A stretch of DNA of 54,373 nucleotides from Flavobacteriales bacterium (GTDB taxonomy: Bacteria > Bacteroidota > Bacteroidia > Flavobacteriales_D > Sanyastnellaceae), in the NCBI GenBank assembly GCA_947463065.1, contig CANHSF010000001.1, forward strand, positions 1-54,373, in the 5' to 3' direction. The notes under the pieces were generated by a model. It was not told the DNA's origin and made no database searches. It was given only the letters and a program-made list of their open reading frames with translations. This document shows positions 27,519 through 36,191 of the stretch, piece by piece. The number at the start of each line of letters is the position of its first letter. Positions within the stretch are counted from its first letter, which is position 1. The position numbers were made by a program, and so were the translations under genes.

Positions 27519-30500
27519 ATGAAAAACATATTGATTCGGGCCACATACATTCTAGCATGCATACTCTCAACGAGCGGTATTATCGGACAATGCGAATGCG
27601 GTGAAGATCTCACACCACCGACGTTTGCAGGCGACGTTGATGTCACGCTAGATCAATGTGCGGAAAACACCGAGCCATATGCATTCATCGTCTCGGACAA
27701 TTGCACAGAAAACCCAAGTGTCAATGTAACTCCAGTGCTTATTTCCAGTGAATATTGCGGACTTACCCCCATAATCACTTCTGCGTGTGAAATCGCTGAG
27801 CCATGGAACTTAAAGATAAACAACATCACAGACGGCATGGGCAGCTTCCACGCATTGTCCTTTGGTTTTCGTCGTTTAGCGGATGGGAACGCCCGATTGA
27901 CTGGGCTGCTTCAGAGCACGCGAGACACATCGGCATATATTGAGGTGTCCATTCTTTTGGAAGGCGAATTGGTTTGGTCTCAGCTCGTAAATGAAAATCC
28001 GATGAACGTTTACCGCCCAAACTGTTCCGGTATCGATGCGCTTTATCAAACTTGGAGTTATTACAGGATCAGCCCCGATAATTCATACCTTGAAGGAAGA
28101 GGTTCAATGGAAGGGACACTTCTGTATCTAAATCCTTATCCCGCTGACTTTACCGAAAGGGTCCAATTAGGCAACGGGGCAAATACATTCAATTTGAATA
28201 ACGGCCTATGGGCGCAGTGCACCTTTTCAGGCAGCTTGATTTATAGCGGAACAAATTTGTCAATTGACATTGCTGAATTGGGACAAATCGCAGGTGACTT
28301 TACCTGTTGTGCTAGCGAAATGAATGAGATCAAATACAACGCAACCGATAATTGCAATAACCTCGGCACGGCCAATCAATGGGTTGAAATACGGGATATC
28401 GACTTACCTGCATTCTCAATGACCCCTCAAAGCTCTGAACAAATCATTTGCGACGGTTATCCGATAAATACACCTAGCGCATATGACCAATGCAGCGATG
28501 TGACCGTTCGTGCATTTCAGTTAAATACCAATTACTGGTTTGTAGCCACCGATGCCTGTGGCAACAACAACATCAGCAAAAGTCAAATAACTGTGCTTCC
28601 GGCGTTAGGTGAAACCTGTGATTACTACGGTTGCACAAATCCATTGTCCTCTTGGTACAATCCAAATGCAATAATCGATGATGGTTCATGCAACTTCTAC
28701 CCAGTAACTGCCATTGCGTTTATTGATGACAATTTCAACGGATCTTTTGATGCCAATGAAGCTCCTTTGCAAGGTGCCACGATCACTACGTCAGCAGAAC
28801 CAGGATTGTTCATCACGGATCAGTTTGGTTCGACCCAATTCTTCATTGATCGCAATTCCGAAGACAACCTGATATCCATCGATTATTCTTCAACAGGATT
28901 CATAGATCCCACCACACCCGAAGAAATTGTGATGAGCGGATTCAACGTTTCTCCGATCGTGTATTTCGGTATAGTTCCCAGTTTCAATCAAGACAATCCG
29001 CTTTACTTGAATTTAGTTGCCCAATCATTGCCCTGTCAAAGCAATCAATTTGATCTAACAGTGAATCTAACCAATACATTTACCAACACCATCAGCGGAA
29101 CCATTGTATCTTTTGTTCTTCCCGAGTACTGCACGCTCGTAAATGCTGCGAACTTATTGGAGCAATTGGGAGATACCATCTATTTGGAAATGCCGACAAT
29201 CAACCAAGGAGGATCATCCACCGCCAAAATGACATTGGCAGTGGACCGCGAATCCCTCATAGCATCGGGTGCTACTGATTTCACGGTCCAATCGCTCATC
29301 ACCAACTACAACATTCAAAATGAACATCGTTTCCCGATTTATTGCGAGGGAAACAACAACGCAGCTTTGTCAGCTGCTCCCGGGGTGAACAATGACGAGA
29401 TGCTCATTGCTCCCCAAAAGATAAATTACCACTTTACATATACCGCCACAGCCTTAACTACCGACTTTGGTCTGACCATCCTACCATCCACAACCGACAT
29501 TCCCTTTGATCCACAAAGCATAGCATCCGATAAAATCTATAGCCTGGAAATAAGCAATAATCCTTTGCGTTACGATCTTCATTTCGACAATTTGATCCTC
29601 GAAGAAGGAGAAAGTATTTCGTTAACTTATGCCATCGATGCTTCTGAAGAACAAAATGGAAGGCTCATTTCACAGCGTATTCAATTCATTGCTAATGGAG
29701 TGTATGGCACATCCAACTGGGTGGATCGCAAAATCGTTGACTGTAGATCATACGACATAACCTACTGGAGCAATCTGGAATCTTGTTTAATCAACCTTGA
29801 GTTCTATAGTGAGAGTGACTTCTATACCAACTTTGATTGGTATGTCAATGATAGTCTTTACCTGTCGGCCTCCAATGCATTGATTATATCGCCCGACGAT
29901 ACACTTGAGACAATACGTATCGAGGCATACAACTTTATATGTCAAACGTCAGAAGTGATCGCTATTGAGGACGTTTTTATAGCCAACACCTTAGAGATAA
30001 GCCATACGGAAACTTCTTTTTGTGCCGGTGAGTCCGTGACCTTTACGGCGCTATCAAACAGCGATTCCGTGCATTGGTACATCAATGACGAATTGTTATC
30101 AACGGGCATTTCTTTCCAAGCATTCGAATCAGGATCTGTGATTGCTGAGATTGCTGAAAATGGACCTTGCCCAGCGATTTCTCGACAAGTGGATATCCAG
30201 CAAATCGCTCTGCCACAAGTTCAAATCGATTTCGACAACGATTCAACAATCTGTGAAAACGAAAGCCAACTCGTGCTCTTCTCTGCAAATCAGCCCAACT
30301 TCACGATCTTCCTCAACGATCTTATTGCTACTGAAAACCCATTAACCATAGACACAACGTCAACTGTCCTGATCACAGCTAGCAACCTATGTGGCTCGAC
30401 TCAACAAGAGCAATCGTTCACATTTGTTTCCCTGCCAGAAATTGGATTCGAAACCATTGGCAACACCTCCTTCTGTGATGGAGAATCCGTCAATATCAAT

Positions 30501-31109
30501 GTTGAAGGCTCCGGCGACATCGTGGTGCTGGCAAACAATCAGCAAGTCACTAGCACTCCATTCAATGTATTCGATAACACATCGCTTTTGGCCACAGCCA
30601 CCAACATCTGTGGCAGTGTCTCCGAAGAATTGGACATCGTCGTGTATCCCATACCCTCGGCTGATTTCACCTACAACAATACCGCTCAGTCGATCACAGC
30701 AATCGATGAAGGTCAATACCAATGGCTGCTCAATGGTCAACCCATTAGCGATGCAGTCAATCCGACCTATTTCATCACAGAAACAGGGCCGTACTCGCTC
30801 TCTATTGTTTCTCCCTTTGGATGCCAAAATACCTCGAGCATTGAGTTCATCAATTACGTGATGCTACAGGAGCCAAGCGCAGACGATGTAGAAATATTCC
30901 CCAACCCCGCTAATGAATATGTCCAAATACGCAACACTTCTCAGTCTTGGACTACACCGTTTAGCATCTACAATGAACTCGGTCAACTCATGCGAAACGA
31001 ATTCATCTACCCTGGAAAAACAGTTGCTATCGATGTGCAGCATTGGCCAAGCGGGATATACATCGTTGTTTGGAATAACCACAGCAAAAAACTTACTGTA
31101 AATCGATAG
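27519..31109 (+). CDS. large T9SS cargo protein with HYR-like and Ig-like repeats and C-terminal sorting domain
   Basis: 1196 aa with signal peptide MKNILIRATYILACILSTSGIIG. Two HYR-like modules are present (DLTPPTF...VSDNC; DIDLPAF...VATDACGN). C-terminal Cys-framed Ig-like repeats follow. The T9SS CTD is VEIFPNPANEYVQIRN...WPSGIYIVVW. GC is lower than in the neighbouring genes. Confidence 0.85.
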   Translation: MKNILIRATYILACILSTSGIIGQCECGEDLTPPTFAGDVDVTLDQCAENTEPYAFIVSDNCTENPSVNVTPVLISSEYCGLTPIITSACEIAEPWNLKINNITDGMGSFHALSFGFRRLADGNARLTGLLQSTRDTSAYIEVSILLEGELVWSQLVNENPMNVYRPNCSGIDALYQTWSYYRISPDNSYLEGRGSMEGTLLYLNPYPADFTERVQLGNGANTFNLNNGLWAQCTFSGSLIYSGTNLSIDIAELGQIAGDFTCCASEMNEIKYNATDNCNNLGTANQWVEIRDIDLPAFSMTPQSSEQIICDGYPINTPSAYDQCSDVTVRAFQLNTNYWFVATDACGNNNISKSQITVLPALGETCDYYGCTNPLSSWYNPNAIIDDGSCNFYPVTAIAFIDDNFNGSFDANEAPLQGATITTSAEPGLFITDQFGSTQFFIDRNSEDNLISIDYSSTGFIDPTTPEEIVMSGFNVSPIVYFGIVPSFNQDNPLYLNLVAQSLPCQSNQFDLTVNLTNTFTNTISGTIVSFVLPEYCTLVNAANLLEQLGDTIYLEMPTINQGGSSTAKMTLAVDRESLIASGATDFTVQSLITNYNIQNEHRFPIYCEGNNNAALSAAPGVNNDEMLIAPQKINYHFTYTATALTTDFGLTILPSTTDIPFDPQSIASDKIYSLEISNNPLRYDLHFDNLILEEGESISLTYAIDASEEQNGRLISQRIQFIANGVYGTSNWVDRKIVDCRSYDITYWSNLESCLINLEFYSESDFYTNFDWYVNDSLYLSASNALIISPDDTLETIRIEAYNFICQTSEVIAIEDVFIANTLEISHTETSFCAGESVTFTALSNSDSVHWYINDELLSTGISFQAFESGSVIAEIAENGPCPAISRQVDIQQIALPQVQIDFDNDSTICENESQLVLFSANQPNFTIFLNDLIATENPLTIDTTSTVLITASNLCGSTQQEQSFTFVSLPEIGFETIGNTSFCDGESVNINVEGSGDIVVLANNQQVTSTPFNVFDNTSLLATATNICGSVSEELDIVVYPIPSADFTYNNTAQSITAIDEGQYQWLLNGQPISDAVNPTYFITETGPYSLSIVSPFGCQNTSSIEFINYVMLQEPSADDVEIFPNPANEYVQIRNTSQSWTTPFSIYNELGQLMRNEFIYPGKTVAIDVQHWPSGIYIVVWNNHSKKLTVNR

Positions 31110-31483
31110 CTAGCACCTGCAGGCTAACTGAATTCGCTCTTATCCTCGAGAGCTTTTCCGCATTGGAAAAAGTAAAAATCCGACATTGCCATTCAATTTG
31201 GCATGCTTGAGCCGATCCTACTTGGACTCACCGTCCTAAGCCTCAAAACCAGCCAATGCTGGCATTTACAGCCATTGCCTGATCTTTACTATCCTTCAAA
31301 CTATTGAGCGCACTGGTCAAAGCGCAATCCTGTTCACTTGTTTGGAAAGGAGCAAGAAAAATAATCGTTCATCTCGGGTTAAAGTGCGTTCAGTCCTTGC
31401 CGACATCCGATGATCAAAATCCATCGCAAAAGACTACCAAATGGGCAGAAGCACCATGCTTCCTCGCAAATTTCGTACAAAAG

Positions 31484-31520
31484 AAAAGAGGCTGTCTCAA
31501 CGTGGGAGACAGCCTCTTTT
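31484..31520. terminator. bidirectional rho-independent terminator (downstream of tonB)
   Basis: Perfect 15-bp stem aaaagaggctgtctc / gagacagcctctttt with the 7-nt loop aacgtgg. It lies 50 nt after the tonB stop. Confidence 0.85.
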
Positions 31521-31570
31521 CAATATTGTTCCGCTGATATTTCTTCAGCTAGAAAGCTACACTTTTTTTA

Positions 31571-32431
31571 CTATCGCAGTGTAAAGTTCACCGGTACAGT
31601 CATCGTCAGACGAACTTCCTTACCATTCTGACGTGCGGCTTTGAATTTCTTCAATTTGCGTACGGCCTTTTCTGCCTCGGTGCTCAGGTTTTTTCCACCC
31701 GTTACACCACGTACTACCTTCACATTGGTCACAGAGCCATCCTTTTCAACCACAAACTGAACGTACACCTTTCCTTGAATACCGTTTTCTTTTTCCATCT
31801 CAGGGTACTCAATGTTGCCTTGAATATCAGCTTGCATGGCTGCCTCTCCACCGGGATAAACCGGCATCTCGGCTGCATAAGTCAGCGGCTCCTCGGGCTT
31901 CTCTTCTTCCTTTACCTCTTCTTTGAAGACTGGGGCTGGACCAATTGGGCCATCATCACCGTCTTGGTTTTTGTCGCCCACATTCTCGTCCTTCACCTCA
32001 TCTTGTGATGGTGGTGGATCTTCTACTTTTGCCTCAACCACTTCAATTTCAGTGAATTTAATTTGTTTCACTGTTGGTGGCGGTGGTGGCGGTGGTGGTG
32101 GTGGCGGCGGTGGCGGTGGAGCATCGTCCGCTTTTGGTGGTTCAATCATCTCCACAATTTTCTCCGTGGGCAATTCCTCCACATTTTCGACGTGCTCACC
32201 AAAATAAACGGGAGCACCAAATCCAACACCTGCGATGGAAACTGTTGTAGCCAACGCTACAGCCAAGTTCACGCCATGCGCCTTTCGGATCTTGTATGCA
32301 CCATATTCCCGCAACTTATCTTGAAAAACAAGTGCATTTCGGGATTGGCTCAATACATTGTTCCACCCCAGATCGATACTGACCAGAGTGATCAGGGCGG
32401 CCATTATGAGAAAGATTAATACTATTGACAT
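31571..32431 (-). CDS. tonB: energy transducer TonB
   Basis: 286 aa. It has an N-terminal TM helix, a Pro15 tract and an acidic/Lys-rich linker. The C-terminal TonB domain is recognisable (PVYPGGEAAMQADIQGNIEYPEMEKENGIQGKVYVQFVVEKDGSVTNVKVVRG). Confidence 0.9.
   Translation of the reverse strand: MSIVLIFLIMAALITLVSIDLGWNNVLSQSRNALVFQDKLREYGAYKIRKAHGVNLAVALATTVSIAGVGFGAPVYFGEHVENVEELPTEKIVEMIEPPKADDAPPPPPPPPPPPPPPPTVKQIKFTEIEVVEAKVEDPPPSQDEVKDENVGDKNQDGDDGPIGPAPVFKEEVKEEEKPEEPLTYAAEMPVYPGGEAAMQADIQGNIEYPEMEKENGIQGKVYVQFVVEKDGSVTNVKVVRGVTGGKNLSTEAEKAVRKLKKFKAARQNGKEVRLTMTVPVNFTLR
32075..32119 (-). repeat. 15 consecutive proline codons (CCA/CCG) inside tonB
   Basis: The plus strand reads (tgg/cgg) x15, counted directly from the nucleotides. 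Confidence 0.95.
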
Positions 32432-32506
32432 CGTCTTATGTTTTTATGTGTTTTGTGCTCCATGGTACAGGTCAATGTTCCGATGGTTCAACAAAAAATC
32501 AACTTT

Positions 32507-33142
32507 TTACAATCCCAACTCTGCAGTGCGTTGGCGAACGGCAATGGCCTCACTTTCGGCCATGTCCTGAATGGCGCGTTTGCGCACATTGCATATCTCC
32601 AACTCGTCTACAGCATTGATGACATTCTTGTATTTGGTGGTCGGAATGGTCTTCACGATCACAAAAGGCGCATCATCGGATCCAGTGATTTCGCCGAATT
32701 TTTCTTGATATTCCTCCTTCGACATTTCTTTGTTGTTGAACTTCGTCTTCAAATCATTTACCGCAGCAATGATCGTTCGGTTGCGTTCCAACAACATTTT
32801 GCGTATGCCGTCTTTCGAAAAATTCGTCAATTCCAACACCGTTGAGTCCGGCTTGAAGAATCCTTTGTAATAGTACACCTCGTCTTCCTTTTCTCCCAAT
32901 AGGATGGTGGTTGCGAGATCTTTATTGAGCAAAGTCTTTTCATCCTTTTTCTCTGCCTCCTTTGGATAAATGATCTCCATGGCCTTGGGCTTGGAGAGTG
33001 TGGCGGCCAATACAAAGAATGTAAGCAGAAGGAAAGCCAAGTCAACCATGGGGGTCATGTCGATTCGGGCCGATCCTTTTTTCGCGGTTTTCTTGCCGTG
33101 TTTACCACCGCCTCCACCACCGCCTTCTACTATTTCTGCCAT
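32507..33142 (-). CDS. exbD: biopolymer transporter ExbD/TolR family
   Basis: 211 aa. The motif IDMTPMVDLAFLLLTFFVL, typical of the ExbD TM segment, is present. The N-terminus carries a Gly7 tract. Confidence 0.85.
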   Translation of the reverse strand: MAEIVEGGGGGGGKHGKKTAKKGSARIDMTPMVDLAFLLLTFFVLAATLSKPKAMEIIYPKEAEKKDEKTLLNKDLATTILLGEKEDEVYYYKGFFKPDSTVLELTNFSKDGIRKMLLERNRTIIAAVNDLKTKFNNKEMSKEEYQEKFGEITGSDDAPFVIVKTIPTTKYKNVINAVDELEICNVRKRAIQDMAESEAIAVRQRTAELGL

Positions 33143-33182
33143 GTTTTTATTGTTCTAAAAATACGTTTTTTCTTCTGAGATG

Positions 33183-33872
33183 CTATTGCTGATCGCCATT
33201 GACTTTTGCGTCGGGAGCATCTGTACCTTTCAGATTCGTCACCATGTTGAATTGGTAGATCCGGTTGTCGCGGAATGTATCTACTACCTTCTTCACCTTG
33301 GCGTATTCGGTTTCAGCATCGGCTTTAATGGCGTAGCTCAGACCGTTCTTTTTGTCTTTCAAATCGTCTTCTGTCAAACCAAGTTCGTTGGCATCGTCCA
33401 AGAAACCTTGATAGCCATCAAGGATCCAAGCGCTGAGCTGGTTATCCAATGAGTCCACCGGAATTCCTTTGGTTTGTTTGTCCATTTGTTCCTTCACGTC
33501 ATTGTCTGCGCTGAGGTATCTTGGCAAATTGGCAATGCTCTGTCCAAAGGTGCCCATGTTGATGAAATTATCAATTTGGGTTTGGGTGAGTTGCATACTC
33601 GGGTAACGTTGTCTGATATGGTCCAACGTGTACTCACGAATCTTTTTGCCAGAGATATCAAAGAACACACGGCCTTCTTTGTCCACCGTCACCAACATCA
33701 CCTTTTCAGGGAGTTGAATCTCCGATGTCGCACTTGGTGGTTCCGCCTCAACGGGTTCCATATTGCGAAATTTGGCCGTCAACATGAAGAACGTTACCAA
33801 CAAGAAGGCAAGGTCAACCATGGGCGTCATGTCCAGGCTGGGTGCGTTTTTGGGTATTTTGATTTTTGGCAT
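33183..33872 (-). CDS. exbD: biopolymer transporter ExbD/TolR family (long form)
   Basis: 229 aa with LDMTPMVDLAFLLVTFFML. It is the second exbD paralogue in the cluster. Confidence 0.85.
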   Translation of the reverse strand: MPKIKIPKNAPSLDMTPMVDLAFLLVTFFMLTAKFRNMEPVEAEPPSATSEIQLPEKVMLVTVDKEGRVFFDISGKKIREYTLDHIRQRYPSMQLTQTQIDNFINMGTFGQSIANLPRYLSADNDVKEQMDKQTKGIPVDSLDNQLSAWILDGYQGFLDDANELGLTEDDLKDKKNGLSYAIKADAETEYAKVKKVVDTFRDNRIYQFNMVTNLKGTDAPDAKVNGDQQ

Positions 33873-33922
33873 CGTTCTGTAACTTTATTGTGTTTGCTTG
33901 CTTTTGGGCTGCAATGGAGCGA

Positions 33923-34723
33923 TTAGTGCTTCGCTGCGAATGTTTGCGCTACAGAGAAACCTGCTTCATCAATACCGTATGTCAAAGCATCGATACGATT
34001 GCTGAAGAAGTTGAAGAACAAAATGGCCAACGCTGATGCGGCGATACCCAAGAAGGTATTGATAAGTGCCTCAGAGATACCCACCGAAAGTTGAGCAGGA
34101 TCTGGAACACCAGCCGACATGGCTTGGAACGACTTGATCATACCGGATACCGTTCCCAAAAGACCGATCAATACACCCAATGATGCACAAGTAGACAATA
34201 CCGATAGGTTTTTTGAAAGCATCGGCAACTCCAAAGAGGTTGCTTCTTCCAATTCTTGCTTCAAAGCGGTCACCTTGGACTCTTTATCCATAGAGGTTTC
34301 AGAAGACAATGCTTTGTATTTATCAAGGCCAGCACGCATTACAGCACCTACTGAGCCTTTTTGTTTGTCGCACGCTGCAATTGCTTCATCAATTTTTCCT
34401 TGGTTCAACAAACCGCGGATGTTGCGGATAAAGGTGTCTACGTTGCCTTTTCCACGAGACTGGAACAAGCTGATCAAACGCTCGAAGAAGAAAGTAATTA
34501 CAATGATGTTGGTCGCAATAAGTAGCGGTACAATCCATCCTCCTTTGTAAACTGTACCCATCAAATTGTGAGGATGGCCCAAAATGGGGTCATTGCCTTC
34601 GAAATTGGATGGACTACCCAAGGCATAAACGAAAATAAGTACACCTACCACAATGGCAACAGGAATAGCAATGTACGGGAAGATAGAGGAAAAATTAAGG
34701 CCTCCAGACTTTTGACTGCTCAT
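33923..34723 (-). CDS. exbB: MotA/TolQ/ExbB proton-channel family protein
   Basis: Start chosen at ATG 34721-34723 (MSSQKSGGLNFSS...). Three TM helices and the conserved C-terminal LGLLGTVSGMIKSF...ALINTFLGI motif are present. Confidence 0.9.
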   Translation of the reverse strand: MSSQKSGGLNFSSIFPYIAIPVAIVVGVLIFVYALGSPSNFEGNDPILGHPHNLMGTVYKGGWIVPLLIATNIIVITFFFERLISLFQSRGKGNVDTFIRNIRGLLNQGKIDEAIAACDKQKGSVGAVMRAGLDKYKALSSETSMDKESKVTALKQELEEATSLELPMLSKNLSVLSTCASLGVLIGLLGTVSGMIKSFQAMSAGVPDPAQLSVGISEALINTFLGIAASALAILFFNFFSNRIDALTYGIDEAGFSVAQTFAAKH

Positions 34724-34807
34724 AATAAAAATTTTTAACGGTTTATGATGATTGATAAAAATGCTGTGTTTGAATGCTTCGAAAGACAGGATCTTTCGAA
34801 TGGGCGC

Positions 34808-34815
34808 CAAACATA
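34808..34815 (-). promoter_or_regulatory. candidate -7 promoter box (TATGTTTG on minus strand) for the exbB operon
   Basis: Exact TAnnTTTG match 84 nt upstream of the exbB ATG. The leader hairpin 34778-34800 starts just downstream. Confidence 0.3.
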
Positions 34816-35065
34816 CTAAAACTTCGTCAAATAACACATTAACCCAATGTGGTCTTTTTCGAAATTCTTCAATTTGATACCCAAAACGAATTCGAATTCA
34901 CGAAATTACATGGGCAAAGGCCTTTCAGGGGTCATTCTGTGCTAAAAAATCGGCTTTTTTTTCAGTTCCAATTCCATATCCATCGGTCAACAAACTAAAA
35001 GTCGGCTGTTTACAAGATTCCTCCGCTCGTTTAAGCCATAGCGGCCGGAAGGCTAAATTGGGCAC

Positions 35066-35698
35066 ATGGTAAGTTATCTTGATCTATTTCTGCTCATTCC
35101 CATTGGTCTTGCGATTTGGCGAGGATGGAAAAACGGATTCGTGATGGAGATTTTCTCCGCATTGGCCTTGTTTGTCGGACTGTATGCCGCAGTGCGCCTG
35201 AGCGACTGGATGGCCGGCATGCTCCGCGATGGTGCCGACATGAAAGGCGATCATGTTCCCATCACCTCTTTTATCATCGTCTTTTTGCTCGTTTGTGTCG
35301 GGATCTTTTTCTTGGGCAAGCTCATCACCAAACATGTGAGCAACGGGGGCGCCGAACGTTGGAATCAAATTGGCGGGGCCTTCTTCGCGCTTACCAAGAC
35401 CATCCTGTTTCTCAGCGTGGTCTTCATCATCTTCAATATTGCTGATGCCAAATACAAGATTCTTTCTGAGCAACAAAAAACCAAGTCGTATCTCTACGAA
35501 CCGATCTACAATTTTGGACTTCACATCATTCCTTCACTCGAGGAAAGCGCCTTCTACCGCCATCTGCGCAACGATGAACTCGCGCCAGTTTTTACAGGAC
35601 CTTCGGAAATCGATAAAGAAGTAAAGGAAATTGCACCTGGACCCAAAGAGGTGAAAAAGAAAAAAGACACTGCCCAAACGTCCGATCCCAAAAAATAA
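35066..35698 (+). CDS. cvpA: CvpA-family membrane protein
   Basis: 210 aa. N-terminus is LDLFLLIPIGLAIWRGWKNGFVMEIFSALALFVGLY, followed by four TM helices and a Lys-rich tail. Confidence 0.8.
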   Translation: MVSYLDLFLLIPIGLAIWRGWKNGFVMEIFSALALFVGLYAAVRLSDWMAGMLRDGADMKGDHVPITSFIIVFLLVCVGIFFLGKLITKHVSNGGAERWNQIGGAFFALTKTILFLSVVFIIFNIADAKYKILSEQQKTKSYLYEPIYNFGLHIIPSLEESAFYRHLRNDELAPVFTGPSEIDKEVKEIAPGPKEVKKKKDTAQTSDPKK

Positions 35699-35701
35699 CC
35701 G

Positions 35702-36034
35702 CTATTTGGGATATTCGACCTGGCGGACATCTGGTTGCTCCAACAACAATCGCACGCGAACCGAAGTGCCAACGGGATACATCGGCTCTCCTTCGCACCG
35801 CTCATCGGCGCGAAACTTCAGCTCCTGACCGGATGGCAGAGCAGCCGCAATCAATGGGTAGTAATAACGCTTGCCGCCTTCAACCGCCGACATCCAATTG
35901 ATGATGGTGCCGTCGACATAAACGCCTTTCATGCGCAGCCGAATCTCCATCCTGAATTTGATCAGCAAGACCACGCAAACAATCAAGAGGGTAAGACAAG
36001 CAATCAAATATTCCTGCCATGACCAGTTTTCCAT
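35702..36034 (-). CDS. small membrane protein, DUF3592-like
   Basis: 110 aa. An N-terminal TM helix (IACLTLLIVCVVLLI) is followed by a beta-rich domain. The family call is tentative. Confidence 0.5.
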   Translation of the reverse strand: MENWSWQEYLIACLTLLIVCVVLLIKFRMEIRLRMKGVYVDGTIINWMSAVEGGKRYYYPLIAAALPSGQELKFRADERCEGEPMYPVGTSVRVRLLLEQPDVRQVEYPK

Positions 36035-36056
36035 GTGACATGTCGGTTTGGAGATT

Positions 36057-36064
36057 CAAAAATA
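36057..36064 (-). promoter_or_regulatory. candidate -7 promoter box (TATTTTTG on minus strand)
   Basis: Exact TAnnTTTG match 22 nt upstream of ATG 36034. Confidence 0.3.
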
Positions 36065-36115
36065 GATACCGCCGGCTACAACCATCACCGATGTTGATAG
36101 TTCGTTAGCAAGTGC

Positions 36116-36150
36116 CCAAAAAATGAAAGGGGCCGCACGCATGCAGCCCT
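36116..36150 (-). terminator. rho-independent terminator after the large adhesin gene
   Basis: The minus strand reads agggctgca-tgcg-tgcggccc(c)t, an 8-9 bp GC-rich stem with one G-U pair, followed by TTTCATTTTTT. It lies about 45 nt after the stop at 36192. Confidence 0.6.
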
Positions 36151-36191
36151 CATTCCATTTTATATGATGTTTATTTAAAGAAGGTTCATCC

